Assembly (NCBI GenBank): GCA_934772445.1
Contig: CAKVMJ010000001.1
Coordinates: 6,727 to 70,726, forward strand
Direction: 5' to 3'
Source: an uncultured Clostridia bacterium
GTDB taxonomy: Bacteria; Bacillota; Clostridia; Christensenellales; UBA1242
Length of the DNA: 64,000 nt
Shown: positions 51,063 to 60,127 of the stretch, piece after piece
Layout: every line of letters begins with the position of its first letter
Numbering within the stretch: the first letter of the stretch is position 1
The notes under the pieces: model-generated
What the model was told of the DNA's origin: nothing
Seen by the model: the letters and a program-made list of their open reading frames with translations, nothing else
Databases searched by the model: none
Program-made: the position numbers and the translations under genes

Positions 51063-53519
51063 TTATAATATAACTGTAACCCTATAAAATCCGCCATCTT
51101 TAATAGTTCTAATTAATGTACTTTTTAATTCTGTATCAACGCTATAAAATAATGAAATATAGCCATCGTTATTTCCAACAACTCCAGTTTCTGGTTTCTC
51201 AAAATTCTTTTGAATTTCAAGTTTACCACCTGCTTTTTCTAGTATTACACTAATCATAACTATTTCCATATCAGATAAACCAAATGTGTTTGTAAACACA
51301 TCTTTACTTGATACTTCCTCACCGCTATGATCCTGAAGTTCCCATTGTGCTTTAGTGTAGATATAATATGTTTGAGTTTCTTCCTCGCCACCACTAACAT
51401 AGAACACCAATGAATCTATTTCTTTTTGAAGTTTGTGAGTAAAGGCATCTGTATCATCAATGCTTGCTTCATCTTCAACCTTTTCTAATCTTGATGTATC
51501 TAGAATAAATGTTAGTTCATTATAATTCTTTGCATATCTAATAACACTTTTTAATTCTTCAAAGCGTTCAGGTTTGAAATTAAATTTACCATCATCATTA
51601 TTATTAACCGATTGGTCTAAACTTTCATAGAAAGACCCTTTTTGAGAGTTACCATTATAGAAATGTAAATCATAAAAATCTGTAACATTTTCATCTCTTG
51701 TATTAATTTCAGTATCTAATAAACCATAGTTCTTCTTTAAATCATTCTTCAAATCTATTACTCTATTAGCTAACCAAGATTTACTTGCGTTATTCAAGAA
51801 GAATGAAGCTAAATTAGATTTATCTGAATTATTTATTTTTAGTGTTGAACCATTACAGTTTGATTCTTTAAATAATTTAGGTTGCAAATTTCTATTTGTA
51901 TCACCTTTCTTTATCCACCACCAAAAACCACCATAGTTTATTGTTTGGTCTGTAGCGCCAAGGTCACCTTCAAACCCTGCAGTTTGTATTGTAAATTTCT
52001 CTTTAATTATATTTTTCAATAAACCCGGAACATTTTGAGGTGAAACGCTTTCAATTCCACCTTCAGCTTTATCTAAACCTGTATCAGACTTAAAATCTTC
52101 TTCACCTTCTAATTTTAAAAAGTTATTAGCATTGAAGAATAATAATCCAAGGTTTGCTGAATTTCTATTTTCAATTTCACCATCAGATTGGTAATTTAAT
52201 TTTAAGTCTATTTTACTTAAAGATATATTCGATTCTAAAATTCCACCATAAGCACTTCCAACAAATCCTGCTGAATATAAGTTTGCAACTGTTTGAATTG
52301 AAATATTAACTTTTGAAATATTTCTTAAGATATATGAATCTCTCTCTGTTCCAACCATTCCACCAACGGATAGAGTTTCAACTCCTTCAACACTTATGTT
52401 ACCAGTGGTTTCATTATAGAACAACGAACCCATACTTGCTCCACACAAGCCACCAATTGAAACTTTTCCGTTATAAATCTGACCAGAAGATTTGGTGTTT
52501 GAAGCAAAATCTATATCTGCTATGCAATTCTTAATTTCTGCCCTTGTTAAGGCTTTTCCAGCAAGTGAACCAATATATGAGTTTTCACTTGAAGTTGAAC
52601 TATATCCAAATTTTAATTTTGATGTACAATCCTCAATAAAGCCATTCGCTTCTCCAACTATTGCACCAATCGTTAAACTAGCAATACCTTCATTGTTTAT
52701 ACCTAAATCAACATTTGTATTTTTTATGCTTGAACCATAATTTAGCTTTGGCATAATTCCACCAACTACAATATTACAAGATGTTTCGCCTGCCAATTCT
52801 TTTTCATTAAAGTTTATTCCACCTAAAATTGAACAATTTGTAATCTTTGAAATAATTGTACTTGAGTTTTCTTCGCTATTTAAAGTTAAAAAGCCAATAT
52901 TTAAAACATCGCCTCTAATATCAAATACACTAATTTCATATTTACCTTTCATTCTAATATTATCTAATTCTGAAACATCTTGAGTTAAAGCGAAATTACG
53001 CATATTTCCTTTTTGGTCATTACTAATCTCACCCATCAAAACATTCAAATCATAGATACCTTTAGCGTTTTTAAACAGAATATGATTTATATTACTTGAA
53101 TAACTGCCATCATTATCTATTTGGTTAGAAATTCTAAAATTTGAAATTTGCTTACCATTACCAAATAAGTAACCACCCTTTAAATCAAACGCACTTTCAA
53201 AATCTTTTTCATCTCTAAAATCTAGATCAGATGTTAAAACATAATTTTCAGGTTGTGCACCTTCTTGAAGGTCATATTTCCCAATAAGTTTAAAATCATC
53301 AATTGTGTTTATAGTAATAGCATCTTTTAAAGCTGTATGCTTAACCTCTAATGGTGTTTCAAATGGTGCTTCCCAATAATCCACAATTCCATTTGCATTG
53401 GTATCATAAATTCGTATATATCTCTCTTCTTCCGTTTCTTTTGGTTTATCATTACAACCAACCAAAACTAATGCAAAAAATGCTAAAAAGCAAATTAAAA
53501 TTTTTGTAAATTTTTTCAT
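51063..53519 (-). CDS. 818-aa lipoprotein with GLUG-type repeats (smaller relative of the giant protein)
   Basis: MKKFTKILICFLAFFALVLVGC lipobox. Six GLUG-like cores: VVGGIMP, LTIGAIVGEANG, SYIGSLAGKA, VSIGGLCGASMG, LSVGGMVGTERD and LYSAGFVGSAYG. Also an EF-hand/dockerin-like loop, DTNANGIVDYWE. Confidence 0.8.
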   Translation of the reverse strand: MKKFTKILICFLAFFALVLVGCNDKPKETEEERYIRIYDTNANGIVDYWEAPFETPLEVKHTALKDAITINTIDDFKLIGKYDLQEGAQPENYVLTSDLDFRDEKDFESAFDLKGGYLFGNGKQISNFRISNQIDNDGSYSSNINHILFKNAKGIYDLNVLMGEISNDQKGNMRNFALTQDVSELDNIRMKGKYEISVFDIRGDVLNIGFLTLNSEENSSTIISKITNCSILGGINFNEKELAGETSCNIVVGGIMPKLNYGSSIKNTNVDLGINNEGIASLTIGAIVGEANGFIEDCTSKLKFGYSSTSSENSYIGSLAGKALTRAEIKNCIADIDFASNTKSSGQIYNGKVSIGGLCGASMGSLFYNETTGNISVEGVETLSVGGMVGTERDSYILRNISKVNISIQTVANLYSAGFVGSAYGGILESNISLSKIDLKLNYQSDGEIENRNSANLGLLFFNANNFLKLEGEEDFKSDTGLDKAEGGIESVSPQNVPGLLKNIIKEKFTIQTAGFEGDLGATDQTINYGGFWWWIKKGDTNRNLQPKLFKESNCNGSTLKINNSDKSNLASFFLNNASKSWLANRVIDLKNDLKKNYGLLDTEINTRDENVTDFYDLHFYNGNSQKGSFYESLDQSVNNNDDGKFNFKPERFEELKSVIRYAKNYNELTFILDTSRLEKVEDEASIDDTDAFTHKLQKEIDSLVFYVSGGEEETQTYYIYTKAQWELQDHSGEEVSSKDVFTNTFGLSDMEIVMISVILEKAGGKLEIQKNFEKPETGVVGNNDGYISLFYSVDTELKSTLIRTIKDGGFYRVTVIL

Positions 53520-53555
53520 TTTCCATTCCTTAAAAACTTTTCGTATTTCAATAGA

Positions 53556-53584
53556 ATTTTATCAAATACAATTTCAATTGTCAA
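53556..53584 (-). promoter_or_regulatory. sigma-A-type promoter for the 818-aa lipoprotein gene
   Basis: Minus strand reads TTGACA (53584..53579), a 17-nt spacer, then TAAAAT (53561..53556). Confidence 0.6.
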
Positions 53585-53641
53585 ATTAATAATAAATACA
53601 TATTTATTATTTGTAAAATACTAGATTTTATCGAATTCACT

Positions 53642-53670
53642 TTGGATAAACTTAACTTTCGTGGTATCAT
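53642..53670 (+). promoter_or_regulatory. candidate promoter for dtd
   Basis: TTGGAT (53642-53647), a 17-nt spacer, then TATCAT (53665-53670). Confidence 0.4.
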
Positions 53671-53688
53671 AAACTTGGAAGGAATGTT

Positions 53689-54153
53689 ATGAAATTAGTT
53701 GTACAAAAAGTTCACAAGTGTAAATTGTATGTGGAAAACGAAAAAATTAGCGAAATCAATGATGGTTTGCTTGTTTTTGTTGGAGTTCATAAGAATGATG
53801 ATTCATCTTGCGTGGAATATCTAGCAAGAAAAATTTCACAAATGAGATTATTTAAAGATGAAAACGATAAATTAAACAAATCCGTTTTGGATATTAACGG
53901 AGATATTTTAGTGGTTAGTAATTTTACTCTTATGGCTGAAATCGCAAGCGGAACAAGACCTAGTTTTTCTAATGGTGCAGACTTTGAAAAAGCAAATGCA
54001 CTTTATTTAAGCCTTGCTGATGAGTTTAGAAAAAACGGCACTAAAAATGTTCAAATAGGAAAATTTAGAAGCCATATGCACCTAGAAACTACCCTAGATG
54101 GACCTTTTACTATCGTTATAGAAAGGAATGGTAAAAATGAGCAAAATAGATAA
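53689..54153 (+). CDS. dtd: D-aminoacyl-tRNA deacylase
   Basis: MKLVVQKV, LLVFVGV, VVSNFTL, GTRPSF and DGPFT motifs; 154 aa. Confidence 0.88.
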   Translation: MKLVVQKVHKCKLYVENEKISEINDGLLVFVGVHKNDDSSCVEYLARKISQMRLFKDENDKLNKSVLDINGDILVVSNFTLMAEIASGTRPSFSNGADFEKANALYLSLADEFRKNGTKNVQIGKFRSHMHLETTLDGPFTIVIERNGKNEQNR

Positions 54154-54502
54154 TTATTACAACGCTCTTTGCAGGCTTAAAACTGCACAAGAAGATGTGA
54201 AAATAATAAATATGGTTTTAGATGCTATAAATAATTTTGAAAGGTATTACTCCATAAATATTCTAAGCAATGTTTTAGTAACATATAGAAAACAAATAGA
54301 TACAATTAGCAATCTAATTGGCAACGAGAATATTACTATTGAAAAGAAAGAACCAATTGAAAGATATAACGATGAATGTGTTTCAGATGAGAAAGTTTTA
54401 AGCGACCTTGACTATGTTTATAATTGCTTAATTTTAATATTTGCCGTGGAAAACGGAATGGCAAAAAATTTGAAAGAAGCTGTTGAATATGTTAATAGTT
54501 AA
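54137..54502 (+). CDS. hypothetical protein
   Basis: ~121-aa ORF overlapping the dtd 3' end. No recognisable motif. Confidence 0.4.
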   Translation: MSKIDNYYNALCRLKTAQEDVKIINMVLDAINNFERYYSINILSNVLVTYRKQIDTISNLIGNENITIEKKEPIERYNDECVSDEKVLSDLDYVYNCLILIFAVENGMAKNLKEAVEYVNS

Positions 54503-54515
54503 ATATATTTTTAGG

Positions 54516-54551
54516 AAAAAGAGGTAAATTTTTTAGAATTACCTCTTTTTT
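54516..54551. terminator. bidirectional terminator
   Basis: GAGGTAA (54521-54527) pairs with TTACCTC (54539-54545). Flanked by an A-run and a T-run. Confidence 0.7.
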
Positions 54552-54558
54552 AATTTTA

Positions 54559-56025
54559 TTAATTTTTCATTACAAATTTTTTTATTAATGGCATAGCAAC
54601 AGCAAATACCAATACTGCAAACAATGCTACTAATAAAAACAATACTACATCTGGCATATACAAACTCTGGCTTGTTCTAATTAGAATTGTTTCAACTTCG
54701 CTCTCAATCAAAGAACCATCTTTTGCCTTTACTACACTTTTAAAAGATACTGAGTATTGTCCACCTCTTGTAAGTTTTAATATGTCGCCATTTATCCATT
54801 CTTCTTCATTACTAATCCTATAACAAATACTTGCATTATCGTCTATTGTAAAGAATTTAATAATATCCTTAGCCCCCACTTGTTTTGAGTTGTCAAAGTC
54901 TTTCATTTCTCCATCAACTTCAATTTTGCAAGTTGGTTTTGCTGGCAATATAGAAAATTCGAAAGGCTTTAACATTGAATAATTAACATTATCTTTATCG
55001 TAAACATTCTCTTTTGTAACATTATCAATTGAATAATAAGCCGTGAAATAACCAACACCTAACAAATCCGCCAAATTTATGCCATTTTCAACATCGGAAT
55101 CTTTCAATACAATAGGTAGCATATCCGAGTTTTTGAAACCAAACACAATTAATAAATTTTCAATTCCTGTTTTGTAATAATAAGCAGAATTGCTAGTTGT
55201 AAATTTATTTTCTGCAAACTTACTATTTTGAAATCCAAGGATTAGATTTATATTATTTGATGTAAATTCTGGCATAGTTAAATAATTAGATAACAAATTT
55301 ACATTCATTTTGTTTACTAATTCGTTATCATTTGGAAATTGTATATCCGACCATTCTGAGATATAGTTACAACCTAAATAGATATTTAATTCGCCTTCCT
55401 CAGTTGGTTTCAACATAGACAAATTGATACTATTTAATTGGTTATTGTTAATTCTTAGTTCTCTTAACTTGAGCATACTTGTTGGCAATGTTAGAGAACT
55501 TAATTTATTGTTTGTGATGCTTAAAATTTCCAAGTTTGGTGCAACTCTAAATAATGGATTTTCACCACTTGATGTTTCTATTACTTCAATATTATTGTAA
55601 TCCAATTTAAGTTCCGTTAGCGAACTATTAAAATATAACCAACTAAATGCTGTTAAAGATTTAATATTCTGGTTACTCAAATTAAGCGTGGTTATTTCTA
55701 AATCTGTGAATAAATGCGTGGAAAGAGATGTTACATAATTGATTGTGTTTGGTTCATAACCTTTTTCTTTGTTATATATCTCTATCAATGCACGATATAA
55801 ATTCTCATCCATTCCAGATTTTTCTAAGGATATTAATTCCCCACCCTCACCTATTAGGTTTGAATCAGAAGTGTTTGTTTTTAATTCTGGAATAATAGCT
55901 TCATCCTTAGCCGAAACTAAAGATATTGAAAAGCTTGAAAACAAACATATTCCAAGCATAAGAATAACACTTATTAAAAATAATAAATATATGAATTTAA
56001 CATAATTTTTTCTTGTATTTTCCAT
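54559..56025 (-). CDS. leucine-rich-repeat surface protein with N-terminal signal/TM and C-terminal TM anchor
   Basis: LRR units (LTELKLDYNNIEVIE, LEILSITNNKLSSLTL, LRELRINNNQLNSINL). N-terminal hydrophobic segment and a C-terminal helix VVLFLLVALFAVLVFAVAMPLI. Confidence 0.75.
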   Translation of the reverse strand: MENTRKNYVKFIYLLFLISVILMLGICLFSSFSISLVSAKDEAIIPELKTNTSDSNLIGEGGELISLEKSGMDENLYRALIEIYNKEKGYEPNTINYVTSLSTHLFTDLEITTLNLSNQNIKSLTAFSWLYFNSSLTELKLDYNNIEVIETSSGENPLFRVAPNLEILSITNNKLSSLTLPTSMLKLRELRINNNQLNSINLSMLKPTEEGELNIYLGCNYISEWSDIQFPNDNELVNKMNVNLLSNYLTMPEFTSNNINLILGFQNSKFAENKFTTSNSAYYYKTGIENLLIVFGFKNSDMLPIVLKDSDVENGINLADLLGVGYFTAYYSIDNVTKENVYDKDNVNYSMLKPFEFSILPAKPTCKIEVDGEMKDFDNSKQVGAKDIIKFFTIDDNASICYRISNEEEWINGDILKLTRGGQYSVSFKSVVKAKDGSLIESEVETILIRTSQSLYMPDVVLFLLVALFAVLVFAVAMPLIKKFVMKN

Positions 56026-56046
56026 TAAAATTTACCTACTATTAGT

Positions 56047-56075
56047 ATGATACAAAAATATTGAAAATTTGTAAA
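56047..56075 (-). promoter_or_regulatory. candidate promoter for the LRR gene
   Basis: Minus strand reads TTTACA (56075..56070), a 17-nt spacer, then TATCAT (56052..56047). Confidence 0.45.
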
Positions 56076-56195
56076 GTAAATACATAAAATGTAAGAAATT
56101 ATAATATTTTTGCTTATTTTTTATGAAAATATTTAAAATACAATGCAAATTACAAAGGCTAACGCTAAAAAATCCATAATAATTAAATAAATCTG

Positions 56196-56224
56196 TTGAC
56201 TTATTAGAAGTATTTTGTTAAAAT
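56196..56224 (+). promoter_or_regulatory. sigma-A-type promoter for tRNA-Ser
   Basis: TTGACT (56196-56201), a 17-nt spacer, then TAAAAT (56219-56224), with a TG at the extended -10 position. Confidence 0.6.
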
Positions 56225-56248
56225 ATATTCGTTTTCCATAGAAAACAC

Positions 56249-56339
56249 GGAGAGTTACTCAAGAGGCTCAAGAGGGCACCCTGCTAAGGTGTTAGTGCGG
56301 GCAACTGCAGCCCGGGTTCGAATCCCGGACTCTCCGCCA
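56249..56339 (+). tRNA. tRNA-Ser(GCU), class II with long variable arm
   Basis: Acceptor GGAGAGT/ACTCTCC, anticodon loop CTGCTAA, long variable arm, T arm CCGGG-TTCGAAT-CCCGG and an encoded CCA. Confidence 0.9.
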
Positions 56340-56345
56340 TTAGGG

Positions 56346-56381
56346 AGTAATCCGAACTTCTTAGGTTCGGATTACTTTTTT
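56346..56381 (+). terminator. rho-independent terminator after tRNA-Ser
   Basis: 12-bp perfect stem: AGTAATCCGAAC (56346-56357) pairs with GTTCGGATTACT (56365-56376). A T-run follows. Confidence 0.85.
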
Positions 56382-56442
56382 ATTAAAAAACTATTTGAAT
56401 TACTATTGACTATGCTATAATATTCTAAAAGGAGCAATACCT

Positions 56443-57054
56443 ATGATTAGACAATTAAGAATAGATGATACACAACAATTCTGCGATTTAATTATTGATA
56501 TGTATTCTCACCTAGAAAATCTAGAATGGTTCTCTCCAATGCCTTACGATTTTGAAAATGTAAAATCGATAATTGAAAATAAAAGGTTTTTTATTATAGG
56601 ATACTTTATTGATAATACTTTATGTGGTGTTAGTTCATTTGATTATAAATGCGGAAAATTAATAGGTAAAATTAATTTTCCAACAGATTGCAATACTGAT
56701 AAACTTGTTGAAATTGGATTTACAATGGTTCATTCCCTATATAAAGGAAATGGAATTATGAAAAAAATGGTCGCCTACCTATTAAATAAAGCTAAAGCCG
56801 ATGGATTTGAATGGGTTTTCGGCAAAGTCAATAAAGATAATTTTGCGAGTTCAAAATCATTAATATATAACGGTTTCGAAAGATTTTCGAATTATAACAA
56901 AACTATTAATATTAACGATTTTAAATATTTATCTAGCCAACCATTTTTTTCAAAATGTGGCAAAGAAAATGCTAAAACAACATTAAGCAAATTAGAAAAT
57001 GATGCTACAGAAATATTTGTAAATTATGAAATTATTATTAAAAAATTAATTTGA
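56443..57054 (+). CDS. GNAT-family N-acetyltransferase
   Basis: VHSLYKGNGIMKKMVAYLLNKAKADGFEWVFGKV and SLIYNGFE match GNAT motif A and the C-terminal pattern. Confidence 0.7.
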   Translation: MIRQLRIDDTQQFCDLIIDMYSHLENLEWFSPMPYDFENVKSIIENKRFFIIGYFIDNTLCGVSSFDYKCGKLIGKINFPTDCNTDKLVEIGFTMVHSLYKGNGIMKKMVAYLLNKAKADGFEWVFGKVNKDNFASSKSLIYNGFERFSNYNKTININDFKYLSSQPFFSKCGKENAKTTLSKLENDATEIFVNYEIIIKKLI

Positions 57055-57117
57055 AAATCTATTTATGAGAATTATATTTTTTTAACATTTCAACTTTTAG
57101 CATATTGGAGGTTTAAT

Positions 57118-57630
57118 TTGAAGATTAGATTAGCTAACAAAGCAGATTTAGAAACACTAAAACAAATGTTTTTATCTATTGTGGAAAATATGTACAAAAA
57201 TGGTATTTTTATTTGGAACGAATACTACCCTTTTGAAGAATTTGAGAAAGATATAGATAGCAAACAATTATATGTATTAATTGAAAACAATACTATCGTT
57301 TCAGCATTTTGCCTATTAAACAACATACAAGGAGAAAGCAATTTTAATTGGCAAGAAAAACAAGCGAAATCTATTTATATTGCAAGATTAGGCGTTAATA
57401 CAGACTACACGCGAAAAGGTATCGCAACTAAAACATTGGAATACGCAAAGCAATTATGTAAACAATTAAAAGCAAAATTCCTACGCTTAACCGTTGTTGA
57501 AGAAAATATTCCTGCTATAAATTTATACTTAAAAAATGGCTTTACTAAAGTGGAAGGAATATATCAAGAATATTCAGAATGTTTAAACAAAACAATCAAT
57601 GAAATTGGATTTGAAATTAAACTATCATAA
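57118..57630 (+). CDS. GNAT-family N-acetyltransferase
   Basis: LGVNTDYTRKGIATKTLEYAKQ and INLYLKNGFTKV. TTG start lies 6 nt after GGAGG. Confidence 0.75.
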   Translation: MKIRLANKADLETLKQMFLSIVENMYKNGIFIWNEYYPFEEFEKDIDSKQLYVLIENNTIVSAFCLLNNIQGESNFNWQEKQAKSIYIARLGVNTDYTRKGIATKTLEYAKQLCKQLKAKFLRLTVVEENIPAINLYLKNGFTKVEGIYQEYSECLNKTINEIGFEIKLS

Positions 57631-57643
57631 ATTTTAGATACAG

Positions 57644-57672
57644 AAAATCCCCACACAGGTGGGGACTTTTTT
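57644..57672. terminator. terminator hairpin between convergent genes
   Basis: TCCCCAC (57648-57654) pairs with GTGGGGA (57659-57665). A T-run follows at 57667-57672. Confidence 0.7.
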
Positions 57673-57693
57673 ATTATTAAATATTTTTAATAA

Positions 57694-59157
57694 TCAATCT
57701 AATTTCTGCTCAGTTTCAGATTCTAAAGCAGTTTTTTTATTAGCAACAATCTTATCCTTTATCTTATAAATCAATTGAATACCAAAGAACAACAACACAC
57801 AAATACCCAAGAACACGCAATAGATTATTAACTGAATAATTGGATAAAGAACTACCCTACCAATATTCACTGGTGTAAACAATGCAAGTATCCAATCTCC
57901 TAAAAGGTCGGCAGCTTTATTACCATTAAACATAAACAAATAATTTGCATACCAAAAGTTATTTTCTGTAACTGTGGCAATGAAATTAAACATCGTTCCT
58001 AAGAATAACACACAAACAAAATAAATTGTAAATCCTAGCAGGCAATCGAATAGTGCTTTTTTATCTAATCGTGGGAAAACTCCAAATGATAACGCTAAAA
58101 CAGGAATTATTAACACATTTGTGTGTTCAAAAATGAAGTGCATATTATATAAATAGAACAATCCATCACCCAAGAAATCTGGCTTTGCAATTGCAATAAT
58201 AACGCCAACCACATTTATTATAACTGTAAAATTAAATAGTTTTCTATTTTTTGTGATTAATGAAATTAGGATAAAGAATGCACCTAAATTACAAAGTTGG
58301 AATGGCAATCTCTCTATATTAATACTAATTGCTGAAAACATTTCCAAATATTGCATAATTAAGGATAAAGACAAAATGAATAGCAGAACCATTTTTGTAT
58401 CCAAACTCTGTTTTCTAAACAAGAAATAAAGGATTATAAGTTCGCAAACAACTAAGAATATCCAGCCAAAGTGAGTTAGTGAATACGCATATAACAATAT
58501 TGATGAATAACCAAACAAATGTTGTGGTACATAAATTGGAATTGAAGAAAGTATTAAAAATGGTAATGAAATAAAGAAATACATATATTCTTTTCCATTT
58601 TTAAAATTGAAAATGTGCTTATCGTTTACAGCTAACACAACTGGTATCAAAATCTGCAAACAAATAACTAATCCAAAACATATTGAACGGAATATTGGAT
58701 TTATTAAAAATTCTTTAAAACCCTGTGAAATAACTGGAATTGAATTTAATCCCCTACCAGCCATAGATGTAAAATCTTGCAAATATTGAGAATAATAATA
58801 AATCTGAACTATGCTTATTGCAACACCAAAATATATAGCAACATTACGAATAGTACGATTGTTATAAAATACTGCAACTGGCAATGTAATAAAACTCACA
58901 ATACAAAACCATCGAGTTAGTTCATAGCCAATAGGATAAGTTTCATTAGCTAATTTTTCTTGTGAAAAAGATAATTTAAAAGCATCCGGCAACAATACTG
59001 CTAGCAACATCATCACTGCATAAATAACCACGGCAACTTTTAATATTTTATTTGTAATTTGCTTAAATTTCTCATTGTTTTTAAAAACACAATAATTCAA
59101 CACACAATAAAGTGTGATAACTAAAGCTATAACGATAGATGTAATTATGTAGAACAT
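57694..59157 (-). CDS. polytopic membrane protein, C-terminal half YwaF/TIGR02206-like
   Basis: 487 aa with at least 12 hydrophobic helices. ERLPFQLCNLGAFFILISL resembles the family's LPLxLC motif. Overlaps the upstream paralog by 13 nt. Confidence 0.45.
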   Translation of the reverse strand: MFYIITSIVIALVITLYCVLNYCVFKNNEKFKQITNKILKVAVVIYAVMMLLAVLLPDAFKLSFSQEKLANETYPIGYELTRWFCIVSFITLPVAVFYNNRTIRNVAIYFGVAISIVQIYYYSQYLQDFTSMAGRGLNSIPVISQGFKEFLINPIFRSICFGLVICLQILIPVVLAVNDKHIFNFKNGKEYMYFFISLPFLILSSIPIYVPQHLFGYSSILLYAYSLTHFGWIFLVVCELIILYFLFRKQSLDTKMVLLFILSLSLIMQYLEMFSAISINIERLPFQLCNLGAFFILISLITKNRKLFNFTVIINVVGVIIAIAKPDFLGDGLFYLYNMHFIFEHTNVLIIPVLALSFGVFPRLDKKALFDCLLGFTIYFVCVLFLGTMFNFIATVTENNFWYANYLFMFNGNKAADLLGDWILALFTPVNIGRVVLYPIIQLIIYCVFLGICVLLFFGIQLIYKIKDKIVANKKTALESETEQKLD

Positions 59158-59930
59158 ATTTCTTTCCTCTTTTTTATAATATTTTTATTAATCTCAATTT
59201 GAGAATTGTATAAATCAACAACTTTATAATTTTTGAAACACAATGCCACCAAATAAAATATGAGAGCAAATAATGGCAACAGAGGAATTAAGTAAACAAA
59301 TGGAATTGGGATTAATTTATATAATGGTTCTAATAGCATAATTCCGCCGGGGTTCATTGTATATGAATGGTTATGTGCACCCGTAATCTGCCAACCATTT
59401 AACCCAAGGTTTGCTATAAAACAAACTCCGAAATATATAAAAATGCATAAGCAAACCCAAGGAATATATTTTTTCTGAGGTTTAAACCAGCGAGCTGAAA
59501 GCATAAGCAATGAAACAAGAACAACGAGCAAATGGTCCAACCAAAAATTTAATGTTATAATAGAATACCACATAGAATTTTCAACATCCGAAACATACGA
59601 AACAAATGTGGATAATGCACAAGGCATTGAGAAATAAAATAAATATTGCCTACCAAGTTCATTCTTTTTTATTAAGCAAAGTGGAAGTAAAATAAAATTA
59701 AAATTACAAACTTGAAACATTTGAATAAAGAAGTTCTCAAAATCTAGTTGCGTACCATAATGCGTTAAATGCAAAAATAAAATTCCAAACATACATAGAA
59801 AAACCGAAGAGTAGATTATAACACACTGAGCTTTATAACTAACTCTTGAAACAACTATCATTAACGCAACAACTATAAGAACTGACACCAAAACCATAAC
59901 AATATGTGCAGTTCCACCTATGGTCATCAT
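59145..59930 (-). CDS. YwaF/TIGR02206-like integral membrane protein
   Basis: 261 aa, polytopic. FQVCNFNFILLPLCLIKKN and SMPCALSTFV resemble the family pattern. Confidence 0.45.
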   Translation of the reverse strand: MMTIGGTAHIVMVLVSVLIVVALMIVVSRVSYKAQCVIIYSSVFLCMFGILFLHLTHYGTQLDFENFFIQMFQVCNFNFILLPLCLIKKNELGRQYLFYFSMPCALSTFVSYVSDVENSMWYSIITLNFWLDHLLVVLVSLLMLSARWFKPQKKYIPWVCLCIFIYFGVCFIANLGLNGWQITGAHNHSYTMNPGGIMLLEPLYKLIPIPFVYLIPLLPLFALIFYLVALCFKNYKVVDLYNSQIEINKNIIKKRKEICST

Positions 59931-59993
59931 ATTTTATCCTCTAAAATCACTATAAATTTTGGGCAATTAAAATCACAAATTTAATCTAAAATA

Positions 59994-60029
59994 AGTATAA
60001 CAGAATAATCTGAGTATAACAGAACAATC
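59994..60029. repeat. tandem 17-nt direct repeat with 19-bp period (AGTATAACAGAAyAATC x2)
   Basis: Copy 1 at 59994-60010 and copy 2 at 60013-60029, identical at 16/17 positions. Copy 2 contains the predicted -10 of the minus-strand promoter. Confidence 0.8.
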
Positions 60030-60041
60030 AAGGATTGTCAA
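60013..60041 (-). promoter_or_regulatory. sigma-A-type promoter for the YwaF-like two-gene operon
   Basis: Minus strand reads TTGACA (60041..60036), a 17-nt spacer, then TATACT (60018..60013). Confidence 0.55.
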
Positions 60042-60089
60042 AAACATTTAATATTAAAACTTGTTTATATAAAATAATCTATAATAATT

Positions 60090-60118
60090 TTGACATATCT
60101 ATCTCAAGATGATATATT
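60090..60118 (+). promoter_or_regulatory. candidate promoter for traX (would give a near-leaderless mRNA)
   Basis: TTGACA (60090-60095), a 17-nt spacer, then TATATT (60113-60118). The ATG at 60128 is only 9 nt after the -10, and no SD is present. Confidence 0.45.
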
Positions 60119-60127
60119 CAAATTAAT

